In this document: positions 9,644 through 18,542 of the stretch, in pieces
Layout of the letters: each line of letters begins with the position of its first letter
Numbering within the stretch: position 1 is the stretch's first letter
NCBI GenBank assembly: GCA_964548195.1
Contig: CAZJQC010000010.1
Span: forward strand, 1-44,871
Length of the DNA: 44,871 bases
From: an uncultured bacterium
GTDB taxonomy: Bacteria > Macinerneyibacteriota > Macinerneyibacteria > Macinerneyibacteriales > DSCS01
Reading direction: 5' to 3'
Program-made: the position numbers and the translations under genes
The notes under the pieces: model-generated
Told to the model about the DNA's origin: nothing
Database searches by the model: none
The model's input: only the letters and a program-made list of their open reading frames with translations

Positions 9644-10572
9644 GACTCCCCCTTTTCAAGGCTGCTCATATAGGATGCAAGCCCTTTTTCAAGTCCATAT
9701 TCCGGGGCATACCCCCGGCCTCTCAACAGGGATATGTCGGCCGCCGAGTATTTGATGTCGCCGGTCCTGGCGTCTTTGTATTCGATCTCAGCCGAACGGC
9801 CTGAGATCCCTTCGAGCACGCCGATGACATGGTTCAACGAGACGGATACACCCGTAGCGGCATTAAAGACACAGCCGCCGTCTTCAGTATCATCCATCAT
9901 GATAAGATTGGCGTTTACAACGTCGTCCACATATACAAAATCCCTTGTCTGTTCCCCGTCGCCGTATATCGTGAGCTTCGGCCTGACGGAATTAAATGCC
10001 TTTGAAAATAGCGATATGACCCCGGAATAGGGTGAAGACGGGTCCTGACGGGGGCCGTAAACGTTAAAGTAGCGCAACGCGGCGAACTTTAACCCGGCCA
10101 GCTTTGAGTACATGTCACCGTATATCTCCCCCATGTATTTTGACAGCCCGTAGGGGGAATCCGGAGATACATCCATGTCCTCACGCTTCGGCAGTGAAGG
10201 GTCGTTTCCGTATACCGCCGCGGAAGAAGCAAAAAGCACTTTTTCCACCCCGCACTCCGACGCCGTATTAAGCACGTTAAACGTCCCGTCCACGTTGATG
10301 GAATGGTTCAGCGCGGGATCATCCACAGACTTGGCCACGGAGACCAGGGCCGCCTGGTGAAAGACTCCGCGCACATCGAGCATGGCCGACCGCAGGGAAT
10401 CGGTGTCCCTGACATCAGCCTTTATGAATTCGATATCTTCTCTGAATCCGGAAATATTTTCGAGTCTTCCCGCTGAAAGGTTATCCAGTATTCTTACGGA
10501 ATGCCCCTTTTCAAGAAGTCGTTGCGCGATATGCGAGCCGATAAAACCGCATCCGCCGGTGACAAGATACAT
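9640..10572 (-). CDS. NAD-dependent nucleotide-sugar epimerase/dehydratase (extended SDR; start re-called to ATG 10572)
   Basis: AAGGAGG RBS; LVTGGCGFIGSH; ASSAAVYG; YGLSK catalytic motif; LRYFNVYGPRQDP; GDGEQTRDFVYV. Confidence 0.92.
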   Translation of the reverse strand: MYLVTGGCGFIGSHIAQRLLEKGHSVRILDNLSAGRLENISGFREDIEFIKADVRDTDSLRSAMLDVRGVFHQAALVSVAKSVDDPALNHSINVDGTFNVLNTASECGVEKVLFASSAAVYGNDPSLPKREDMDVSPDSPYGLSKYMGEIYGDMYSKLAGLKFAALRYFNVYGPRQDPSSPYSGVISLFSKAFNSVRPKLTIYGDGEQTRDFVYVDDVVNANLIMMDDTEDGGCVFNAATGVSVSLNHVIGVLEGISGRSAEIEYKDARTGDIKYSAADISLLRGRGYAPEYGLEKGLASYMSSLEKGES

Positions 10573-10594
10573 ACCCCTCCTTATTTGATAATCA

Positions 10595-10622
10595 ATCATA
10601 GCATATACCGCATTTTTCTCAA
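10595..10622 (-). promoter_or_regulatory. Sigma70-type promoter for epimerase-gmhA(-miaA-purC)
   Basis: Minus strand TTGAGA, 16 nt spacer, TATGAT with an extended -10 TG element. Confidence 0.55.
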
Positions 10623-10642
10623 CATAATATATTCCCGCGATG

Positions 10643-10671
10643 TTGACACGCAGGTTGCCGGGGTCTATCAT
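10643..10671 (+). promoter_or_regulatory. Sigma70-type promoter for yigZ-like gene (leaderless geometry)
   Basis: TTGACA (10643-10648), 17 nt spacer, TATCAT (10666-10671), then 6 nt to ATG 10678. Confidence 0.75.
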
Positions 10672-10677
10672 CGTTGA

Positions 10678-11298
10678 ATGCAAAAGGAGATCTATTCCAT
10701 AATCGGCGAATCCTCATTCTCCCAGGAGATAAAAAAGTCCAGATTTATAGGAAACTCATTCAGATGCGGCGATGAAAAGGAGGCCTTTGCCAGCCTCTCC
10801 CTACTTAAAAAGCAACATCCCGGGGCCACCCACCACTGCTGGGCTTATGTATACGGGCTCTCCGGGGAACACTCAAGATACAACGACGACGGCGAACCTC
10901 ACGGCACCGCCGGGCCGCCCATACTGGAAGTCATAAAAAAGAAAAACCTCACAGGCGTCTGTATTGTCGTGACCCGCTATTACGGCGGCACAAAACTCGG
11001 CGCATCCGGGCTGATCCGCGCCTACAGCGACACCGCGGCCAGGACCATAGACGTCTCCGGCATAAAGGTCATGAGACTCACAAAGACTCTGCGCTGCACG
11101 CTGTCCTACACCATACTGACGCCTTTTGAAAAACTGCTGGAGTCGATATCCGCGTCCGAAGTCTCACGCGAATTTGCAGAGGACGTCACCATTGTCATAC
11201 GCATACCGTCCGCCGGCCATGCAGAGTTTATGGATAAATACATGGATCTTACAGCGGGCCGGGCGCTCGCAGTCGAGACCGGTGAAGATTACAGATGA
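10678..11298 (+). CDS. yigZ: YigZ/IMPACT family protein
   Basis: EIKKSRFIG, ATHHCWAY, DDGEPHGTAG.PIL, VVTRYYGGTKLGASGLIRAY. Confidence 0.93.
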   Translation: MQKEIYSIIGESSFSQEIKKSRFIGNSFRCGDEKEAFASLSLLKKQHPGATHHCWAYVYGLSGEHSRYNDDGEPHGTAGPPILEVIKKKNLTGVCIVVTRYYGGTKLGASGLIRAYSDTAARTIDVSGIKVMRLTKTLRCTLSYTILTPFEKLLESISASEVSREFAEDVTIVIRIPSAGHAEFMDKYMDLTAGRALAVETGEDYR

Positions 11299-13032
11299 TC
11301 ATTCGGACATGATGGACTTTTCATACCCGTTTAGCGAAGCGCTTTTTCTTATCATCCTTATCTCCTCCATCTTGCGTGCGGCCGTCTCGCGCAATGAGGG
11401 ATTGTCCGACAGGGTCTCCATAAGCTGATATGATCTGAAGTGATATTTTTCTTTGGACAACAGTACATGCCACGTTTCGGTCACCATGGCAATATCGCCC
11501 TTGTATGCGTAAAAAAGCATCTTTTCATACAGATAATTGACATTGTTGGGGTTCAGCCTCAATGCATGGTCAATATCCGCCAGCGCCCTTTCGTTTATCT
11601 CCGGTTTAAAAAGCCTGAAATTGCCGGAACGAAGTATCACATTGTAAAAATACGACCTGAAATAATAGCTTTCCGGGTCATTGCCTGCAAATCTTATATT
11701 CTCCCGGCACAGTTCTTCCACCAGCGCCGTCTTGTCGTCCCAAGCTATGCCTTCCGCCGATGTGAGTATGTACATGGCGTATTCCCTGTAATAGAAGGAT
11801 TCGGCCGGATCCATCCTGCAGGCGGCCACATAGTATTTTCCGGCCTTTTCCGGCCGTCCCTGGTCCATAAGGTCCACAGCCTTCAGATGAGACCTGTACG
11901 CCGCATACTGAAGCGTCAAAAAGTAAAATATTATGGCTAAAAAAGGGATAGCGCGGATGATATCCCTTTTGCATGTATGCTCACTTCCGGTGTTTTTGCC
12001 GAAAGAAAGCAGCACGGCGGTCAGAAGCACAAGTGAAAAGGATTTTTCAATATTGTTGAACATGGCCGCGGCCATGAACAATATCAGAAGCCCCCTGTAG
12101 CGCGAAACTCTCAGACGGCCGCTTAAAAACCAGATAAACAGCAGCAGGCCTGCAAGCCCGGCCGAGAGTATGATCTCCAGATAGACGGAATGGGACATCT
12201 TGGGGGTGACGGAATAATTTGAATACTCTCTCCGTTCGCGGCCGGCGTAACCGGGAAGCTTGTCATCCACGGTTGCGAAGCCGTGGCCGATCAACGGGCG
12301 GTCCGCAGCCATCCTGAAAGAAGCCGAATATATCTTCCATCTCGAAAAGGCCAGGCTGTCCCTGATATCGCTCTTAAAACGCACTGTCCCTATGACCGCA
12401 GAGAGGATGATAAGCGCCGCGGCGGCAAAAATCGCTGTTTTCCGCTTTTGTCTCAGTATCATCCACACAGCCGCCATTGCCAGCAGCAGTACTATGGTCC
12501 GTGACCTTTCCAGATAAAGGGCAGCCGCCATGAGTACCGCGGCGGGTATGCGCAACGCAATGGCCATGCCGCGCTTCCTCAGCAATATGTACAGGCCGGC
12601 AAAGATCCACAGCGACGTCCAGTTCGGGTTGACAAAAGTCGAGGCGGGCCTGTGTATTGAGGAAAAAAAGTACTGGTGGAATACGACGGATGAATGGATG
12701 AAGGCGGATGATATGATCAAAGTCTCAAAAAGTCTTTTCGTGAATCTCATGGATGCAAGGGCGATAAAACCCCATATGAATATGGCCGTATTGAACATGT
12801 CGGAGGAAATATTGCCGGAGAATATGTTATACAGCAAAAGCAACGCTGTCCCGGCGGCGGCGGCTATCTCCTTCCGGCCGAGGCCGGCCGCACCGTCCAA
12901 AAATAAGAACACGAGAGCCAGCAGCGGTATCCCGAATTTAAACTCCAGCGCTTCTCCGCCCGTAAAGAATGATGACAAGGCTATAAGAGTAAGCAGTATG
13001 TCATTTTTCCCAATTTTTTTTATACTTTTCAT
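11299..13032 (-). CDS. O-antigen ligase (Wzy_C)-family membrane protein with C-terminal TPR-like domain
   Basis: Many TM segments; RPASTFVNPN, SRT, R..IY......DRPLIGHG, SHSVYLEI...GLAG; helical TPR-like C-terminus. Confidence 0.8.
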   Translation of the reverse strand: MKSIKKIGKNDILLTLIALSSFFTGGEALEFKFGIPLLALVFLFLDGAAGLGRKEIAAAAGTALLLLYNIFSGNISSDMFNTAIFIWGFIALASMRFTKRLFETLIISSAFIHSSVVFHQYFFSSIHRPASTFVNPNWTSLWIFAGLYILLRKRGMAIALRIPAAVLMAAALYLERSRTIVLLLAMAAVWMILRQKRKTAIFAAAALIILSAVIGTVRFKSDIRDSLAFSRWKIYSASFRMAADRPLIGHGFATVDDKLPGYAGRERREYSNYSVTPKMSHSVYLEIILSAGLAGLLLFIWFLSGRLRVSRYRGLLILFMAAAMFNNIEKSFSLVLLTAVLLSFGKNTGSEHTCKRDIIRAIPFLAIIFYFLTLQYAAYRSHLKAVDLMDQGRPEKAGKYYVAACRMDPAESFYYREYAMYILTSAEGIAWDDKTALVEELCRENIRFAGNDPESYYFRSYFYNVILRSGNFRLFKPEINERALADIDHALRLNPNNVNYLYEKMLFYAYKGDIAMVTETWHVLLSKEKYHFRSYQLMETLSDNPSLRETAARKMEEIRMIRKSASLNGYEKSIMSE

Positions 13033-14335
13033 AGTTCTCCAAAAACTGCCTCTCCGTCACGATGCGTTTCATGCGGTTCATGCCGATAAAATGTGAATAG
13101 AATCGTTTGTTAGCCAGGTCTTCCGCCATTTTTCGCTCCATGCGCAACATATATTCGCCGCTCTCAGCGTCAAGATACCGCATCCCCGATACCGCCGCAA
13201 ACCCCATGCAAAGCAATACAACGGAGCTGTATAAAAGCGGTGTTTTTGCAGGCTTCCGGCCGCCCGGCGTAAGGGCCCAGAAAAGTACCGCCACGGAAGG
13301 CACATAGAAGACAAGATCCACGGTAAAATAGGCGAACAACACGGCAAACAGCGGAAAAAGCCGATCTTTTCTGAGTGCCGTGAGGCGGGAGAACAACAGG
13401 GCAAATACCATTATCCCGAATATGCCGCCGTCCGCGGCAAGCTGAAGAGGCAGGCTGTGCGCGTTATGGACATAATTCGCCCCGGGAATCATATAGGCCG
13501 GATAAAAGAGGTCAAAACCGTTCAGCCCGACACCGGCCAGGGGATGGTCCCTGAATATGCGCAACGCCGACAGATAGTTATAATGCCTGTACCGCAGCGA
13601 CCCGCCCAGACTGCCCGCCCCCCTGTACATGACAAAAGCAGCGGTCAGCACGGCCAGAAACACCAGGGCGGGCAAAAAATACCTGCGTTTCATCCTGTAC
13701 AGATACCACATCATCATGATCAGCGCCAAACCGTACCCGATAAAGGTCTTTGTGAGCACGAGCATGATCAGGTTGAGAAATCCCGCGTATAAAAATATCC
13801 GTTTTCTGCTTTGCGAATAGAGAAAAATCGCCGCGCCTATGGCTGTTATGAGAAAGAAGGCATATACGTTCGGCAGGGAAAACGTCCCGAAAAAACGCGC
13901 GCCCTTCAATATTGCAGCCTGCGCCGCATTAAGGTCGCCTCGAAGCAGACGCGGGTATATAAACAGATACTGATAGCCCACATAGAGCCACATCAGAGCG
14001 GAATAAGCAACCACGAAAAGCGATGTCTCCCTGTATCCCGTGCCGGAAAACACTATCATTACCAACAGATACAGGAAAAAATAAGCCATGTGTTCGGCCG
14101 CAAGATATTTATCGGGAGATATAAGATAAGACGCGGTCACCAGCACGCAAAGGACCGCGGTAAAATAACCGGCATTGACCCTCTTGTCTTCCTTCAGCAA
14201 ATAGGAGATGACAAGCAACAGGGCCGCCGGCGGAAAAAACGAACGGTCCACAAACACGGAAGGGGTGAGAAAGGGGACGCCCATACAAAGCGCCAGAGCG
14301 GCGAGACGTGCCACCAGTGATAATTTTTCGCGCAT
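13001..14335 (-). CDS. O-antigen ligase (Wzy_C)-family membrane protein
   Basis: Many TM segments; RFFGTFSLPN, R...Y.SALRIFRDHPLAGVGLNGF, HNAHSLPLQLAADGGIFG. Confidence 0.82.
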   Translation of the reverse strand: MREKLSLVARLAALALCMGVPFLTPSVFVDRSFFPPAALLLVISYLLKEDKRVNAGYFTAVLCVLVTASYLISPDKYLAAEHMAYFFLYLLVMIVFSGTGYRETSLFVVAYSALMWLYVGYQYLFIYPRLLRGDLNAAQAAILKGARFFGTFSLPNVYAFFLITAIGAAIFLYSQSRKRIFLYAGFLNLIMLVLTKTFIGYGLALIMMMWYLYRMKRRYFLPALVFLAVLTAAFVMYRGAGSLGGSLRYRHYNYLSALRIFRDHPLAGVGLNGFDLFYPAYMIPGANYVHNAHSLPLQLAADGGIFGIMVFALLFSRLTALRKDRLFPLFAVLFAYFTVDLVFYVPSVAVLFWALTPGGRKPAKTPLLYSSVVLLCMGFAAVSGMRYLDAESGEYMLRMERKMAEDLANKRFYSHFIGMNRMKRIVTERQFLENYEKYKKNWEK

Positions 14336-14354
14336 CGCATATCCCCCGATTAGC

Positions 14355-14377
14355 GGGGCCTCATGGAATGAGGCCCC
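14355..14377. terminator. Perfect 10-bp hairpin between pilQ and the ligase genes (terminator or mRNA stabiliser)
   Basis: GGGGCCTCAT-GGA-ATGAGGCCCC; no clear U-tract on the minus strand. Confidence 0.55.
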
Positions 14378-14393
14378 TTATGGTTATAAAAGA

Positions 14394-16679
14394 TCAAAAT
14401 TCCGAGGGCAATATGATATGCGGAGTGACGAATATCAGTATCTCTTCGGAGGTATCTCTTTTCACCCTGTTCTTGAAAAGGGCGCCGATGATCGGTATGT
14501 CCTTCAGTATCGGCACTCCCGATGTCGACAGGGATTTGTCTTTTCTCACAAGTCCGCCTATTACAGCGGTCTTCCCGTCGCCCACAAGCAGCTTGGTGCT
14601 TGCGGAGTTTGTGGATATGATAAGGTCGGCTCCGTCAGCGGGAGGAATCAGGTCGCTCACCTCCGGCTTTATTTCAAGCATCACTTCGTTTGAGGCGTTT
14701 ATGGTGGGTTTCACGTCCAGTTTTATGCCGATTTCCTGCAGCTGACTAACAGTGTTTCCGCTCTCATCCTGCAGTGTTATAGGTATTTTCTTGCCGGAAA
14801 TAAAACTCGCCGTCTCATTATTGAGAGCCGTGATCTTAGGCTGGGCCATAATTTCCGCTTTATCATCCGAGACAAGCATGGTCAGTTTGACGTTCAGGTC
14901 AAACGTATCCAGTAATGAGGTCACGATCTGTCCCTGTCCCGTTCCCTGGGTCACCGAGACCGAGGTGCCGCCTCCGGCGGTGGCCGTGGTGGTAAACGAT
15001 GAATCGCTTGCAGTAAACGCGCCGTTGTTAGATAGCTGCCAGTTTATGCCGAGTGAGTCTACGACCTCTGAGCTGACCCTTATGAACTTTGCCTCTATCA
15101 TCACCTGAGCCGTCGGCTTGTCAAGATACTTGACCAGTTCCACCGCTTCATCAAGCCTGGGGCCGACATCGGTGATGATCAGGGTGTTTGTCCTCGCGTC
15201 CACCATCAGGACGGCGGTGGAGGAAAGCGTGCCCTTGACGATCTTCATTATGTCGCCGGCATCGGAATAGGAGATGGGGACTATGCGGGTCTCGGTCGGG
15301 CCCACATCGCGCATCTCGTTCCTTTTTTTCTCGGCTTCTATTTCCTGTTTGAACTCACTGGGAGTGGCCACCCTTATGATATTGCCCTTGATGCGGTAAG
15401 CATAGCCGTTGCTCTGAAGTATTGTCGCGAGCGCTTCCTCCCACGGGACATTGTGAAGGTCTATGGAGACTTCTCCGCTTACGCTTTTGGACATCACGAT
15501 GTTATAGCCCGTTTCCTGGGCAAGCGCGGTGAGCAGAAGCGTGATATCGCCCTTCTGTATTGATATTTCCTTGATCACACCGGCGTCTTTCTTCACCGGC
15601 GTATTTTCGGAGGCGGTGTTGCCGCTTTCGATCGATTCTATCTCCATGACAATATCATCGTCATCCCTGTATATCCTGTAGGATATGTTCTCTTTGAGTT
15701 TGATATCTGAGACCACATTGTTGCCGGAGGTGTTGCTCACTACCTCCACGACAGGCCCCTTGCGTACCGGTATATACCTGTTCATCTCGTCTATATAGGC
15801 ATTTTCAAAGGACAGCCTTATCTTTTCCTCTTTTGGGAGCTGGTTCTCTGTATACCGCAGCCAGCCTTTGTTTTGAAAACGCAGATATACCTTGTCATCC
15901 TTCAATTCGCTTGAGACGCCTGTTATGGCAACGCGTTCAACGCTTTCATCGCCGCCGAAACGTACGGTGAGGCGTCCCTTTTCCTTGTCCATCTCATAGG
16001 GAAACTCGTCCGTAAGAGCTATGGAGACGGCAAGGTCGTCGCCGTTCAGAGGTGTCACCTTGACATCCCTTATTATCCTGCCGTCGCCGGCAAAGATCTC
16101 TTTTCCCGAGCTGTTGCGGCTGCCCAGGACTTCTATCTTAAGTTCCTTTTTCATCTCTTTGACCGTGTAGTTTATCTCACCGTCGAAATTGAGGGCCAGA
16201 AAGAGACCGCCGTCCGAAGGAGTGCCCACGGACAATCCGGTAAACGCGCCTGACGATACGGACTCAGCCGCCGCGGAAAGTCCTTTTTCCGGGCTTGCAT
16301 CGGGCAGTATGCCTTCGACTGTAAAATGGAGTATCAGCTCGTTTTCGCTTCTTTCGGGGAAATAGGGGTACCATTTTTTCATCTGTACCACCACTCTTCC
16401 CATATCTTTTTTAAACTGTGAAAAACGCAACTCGTCAAAATCTTCGACATCCATCGGGATCTTACCCGATTTTTTCAGGCTGACAGTGGATGGCAGGTTT
16501 ATAACAAGCCTCAGAGGGTTTTCAAGTTTGAATATCTCATATTTTATCTTACCGTCGAATTTAAGCTTTACATCCACACCCCCCGCCACTTTCTCATAGG
16601 TGACATCCTTCAATGTTGCGGCGGATAAAGAAACCGCGGTAAATGCTGCCAACATAATGAAAAACAATATTCTTTTCAT
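14394..16679 (-). CDS. pilQ: Type IV pilus secretin PilQ with N-terminal AMIN-like domains
   Basis: Signal peptide; AMIN-like LENPLRLVINL; N0 domain VPWEEALATIL; DARTNTLIITD; LDKPTAQVMIEA; GKTAVIGGL; GVPILKDIPIIGALF; ILIFVTPHII. Confidence 0.93.
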   Translation of the reverse strand: MKRILFFIMLAAFTAVSLSAATLKDVTYEKVAGGVDVKLKFDGKIKYEIFKLENPLRLVINLPSTVSLKKSGKIPMDVEDFDELRFSQFKKDMGRVVVQMKKWYPYFPERSENELILHFTVEGILPDASPEKGLSAAAESVSSGAFTGLSVGTPSDGGLFLALNFDGEINYTVKEMKKELKIEVLGSRNSSGKEIFAGDGRIIRDVKVTPLNGDDLAVSIALTDEFPYEMDKEKGRLTVRFGGDESVERVAITGVSSELKDDKVYLRFQNKGWLRYTENQLPKEEKIRLSFENAYIDEMNRYIPVRKGPVVEVVSNTSGNNVVSDIKLKENISYRIYRDDDDIVMEIESIESGNTASENTPVKKDAGVIKEISIQKGDITLLLTALAQETGYNIVMSKSVSGEVSIDLHNVPWEEALATILQSNGYAYRIKGNIIRVATPSEFKQEIEAEKKRNEMRDVGPTETRIVPISYSDAGDIMKIVKGTLSSTAVLMVDARTNTLIITDVGPRLDEAVELVKYLDKPTAQVMIEAKFIRVSSEVVDSLGINWQLSNNGAFTASDSSFTTTATAGGGTSVSVTQGTGQGQIVTSLLDTFDLNVKLTMLVSDDKAEIMAQPKITALNNETASFISGKKIPITLQDESGNTVSQLQEIGIKLDVKPTINASNEVMLEIKPEVSDLIPPADGADLIISTNSASTKLLVGDGKTAVIGGLVRKDKSLSTSGVPILKDIPIIGALFKNRVKRDTSEEILIFVTPHIILPSEF

Positions 16680-17359
16680 TATTTTCCTCCTTCGGCCTTG
16701 ACCTTTTGCAATATAATATTTCTCTCCTGCCCTTCACTCAGAACCTTAAGCCGGCGCAGAGTAATGGTGTCCGATGTGATGGAGACCACCTTGGCGCCGC
16801 CGAACACATCCCCCATCCTGAGTATAACGCCTTTTCCGGAGCTGTCCTCAAGCGTGGCGGTCCATCCGTTCAGGTTCATCGTGGCTTTCAGCTGGAACTT
16901 CGCGAAGTCTATCTCACCCGGAGCCTTGCCGCCGGACATCCCTGCAACGGTCAGTTTTTTTTCTCCGCCCACCGAGAGGCCGCTCGGCAACTTGAACGGG
17001 TCCCTCTTGCCTCTTGGATTATATGAATAAACCGGTTTCACCGGTTCCGCGATCTCTTTTTTCTCAACCGCCTTGGGCAACGTGACTTTTTCTATCTTTT
17101 CCTTCTCTGTTTTCACATCCGGTTTTGCCGCGGGTTTTATTTCCGCCGCCTTTGTCGCCGCCGGATCCCCGGTATTGCCGGTCAGCCTGGTGACGCTTTT
17201 CTCGGGGCTGGTGTTCTCGCCCTGCAGCGGCTGTTTTTCCTCGGTCTTCTCATCCTTCGGCGGAAAAACGCTTCTATAGACCTTGCCTGCAGTCTCCCCC
17301 ACCTTTGCGCAGCCGGAAAAAGAGGCCAGTATCGCGACGATTATCAGAATTCGCTTCAT
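16679..17359 (-). CDS. pilP: Pilus assembly lipoprotein PilP (start re-called to ATG 17359)
   Basis: AAGGAG RBS; lipobox FSGC; low-complexity linker; Y.P.GKRDPF motif; position between pilO and pilQ. Confidence 0.8.
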   Translation of the reverse strand: MKRILIIVAILASFSGCAKVGETAGKVYRSVFPPKDEKTEEKQPLQGENTSPEKSVTRLTGNTGDPAATKAAEIKPAAKPDVKTEKEKIEKVTLPKAVEKKEIAEPVKPVYSYNPRGKRDPFKLPSGLSVGGEKKLTVAGMSGGKAPGEIDFAKFQLKATMNLNGWTATLEDSSGKGVILRMGDVFGGAKVVSITSDTITLRRLKVLSEGQERNIILQKVKAEGGK

Positions 17360-17368
17360 TCCCACTCC

Positions 17369-17971
17369 TTATTTCTTCTTCTTGCTTTTGGGCGGAGGAG
17401 CCTTCGCCGGGTCATAGACATAGGCTATCAGGTCAAACCCGGCCGTGATAGTCTCGCCGGCAGCGGCCTGGGCCGAGGTGCCGATCTTGATGCTCAGGTT
17501 CCCCACATTTATTATTCTTGACAGATTACTTACCCGGGAGAGCAGATCCCCCAGGTCGTGGTATGAACCCCGCACGTTTATGTCCACTTTGAACTGCTCG
17601 TATTCGCCCGTCGCCGTCAGCTTGCCGGGATCGAAAGCCGACAGTTTGACCGATGCCTGCTGCGTCGCATTCGTGATCTGTTTCAGCAGCGCCGGCACTT
17701 CCTGCCGCGTGGGCAGAGATTTCGATATCCTTACGATCTCGCCCTCTTTGCTTTCCAGCTCGGCGCGGAGATCCGGTATTTTATTGCTTAATGCTATGAG
17801 GCGCTTGACCTCGGCCTCCTCTTTCTGTATCTTGTTTTTCAATTCTCCGATCTCTCTTTTCTGCGGACCTATAACATACATGTAAAAAGCGCCGAGTATG
17901 ATTATTCCGAATAATATACCGGCAACCATCTTTTGATATTTCGGATCGTTCAGATTAAAACCGACAGCCAT
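17369..17971 (-). CDS. pilO: Type IV pilus assembly protein PilO
   Basis: N-terminal TM and coiled coil; LPTRQEVPALL; GSYHDLGDLL..V.NL.RIINV. Confidence 0.9.
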   Translation of the reverse strand: MAVGFNLNDPKYQKMVAGILFGIIILGAFYMYVIGPQKREIGELKNKIQKEEAEVKRLIALSNKIPDLRAELESKEGEIVRISKSLPTRQEVPALLKQITNATQQASVKLSAFDPGKLTATGEYEQFKVDINVRGSYHDLGDLLSRVSNLSRIINVGNLSIKIGTSAQAAAGETITAGFDLIAYVYDPAKAPPPKSKKKK

Positions 17972-17980
17972 AATCCCCCC

Positions 17981-18541
17981 TTACCTGTACTCTTTTTTTA
18001 TTGTGCATCTGATTAGAAAGGTCGAGACATCCATGTCCTCACCGCCGATTTTCTGTTTCATCTCCTTTACCTCTTCTATGGAGACTGTCTCCATAAAATC
18101 GGATCTCTCAAGGCTTTCCGCAAAATCGGAAATCAAATAATTGTTAGTCCCGCCGCCATTAAGGGTAAGACTGGCGGAATTGAGCTCCACGGATGTCAGC
18201 CAGCAGCTGTCCGGAAGCCTTATGGCTATGTCTTCCATAAGCTGCGGAGCAAAGGTGCGCCCCTTGTCCAGCTTCGCCAGAAGATCGAATCTGCTCTGTA
18301 TCTCCTTGAGCTTCTTATCCAGGGTGTTGTATTCCTTATCGTATTTCTCATATCGTTTCTTTTTATTGGTCATATCCACAAGTTCTGTTCTCTTTTTGCC
18401 GATTATGCGCACGTTGTTGAGATATAACATCGCCAGAATGACCGTCGCCCCCACAAAAAACAGGACAATAGACATGGCGCCCAGAGGTATGTCATGCCTG
18501 GCTTTTCGTTCATCCCTGGGGAGCAGGTTAATCTCTATCAT
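17981..18541 (-). CDS. pilN: Type IV pilus assembly protein PilN
   Basis: MIEINLLP signature, single TM, coiled coil, LPDSCWLTSV. Confidence 0.9.
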   Translation of the reverse strand: MIEINLLPRDERKARHDIPLGAMSIVLFFVGATVILAMLYLNNVRIIGKKRTELVDMTNKKKRYEKYDKEYNTLDKKLKEIQSRFDLLAKLDKGRTFAPQLMEDIAIRLPDSCWLTSVELNSASLTLNGGGTNNYLISDFAESLERSDFMETVSIEEVKEMKQKIGGEDMDVSTFLIRCTIKKEYR

Positions 18542-18542
18542 A

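Noticed and set aside
10573..10683. N-terminal extensions in the ORF track (epimerase here; likewise the TPR lipoprotein, LolB-like, DgkA and Cys4-TPR genes)
   Set aside because: Downstream ATGs have better RBSs or begin with signal peptides or family-typical N-termini, and the extensions overlap promoters or neighbouring genes.
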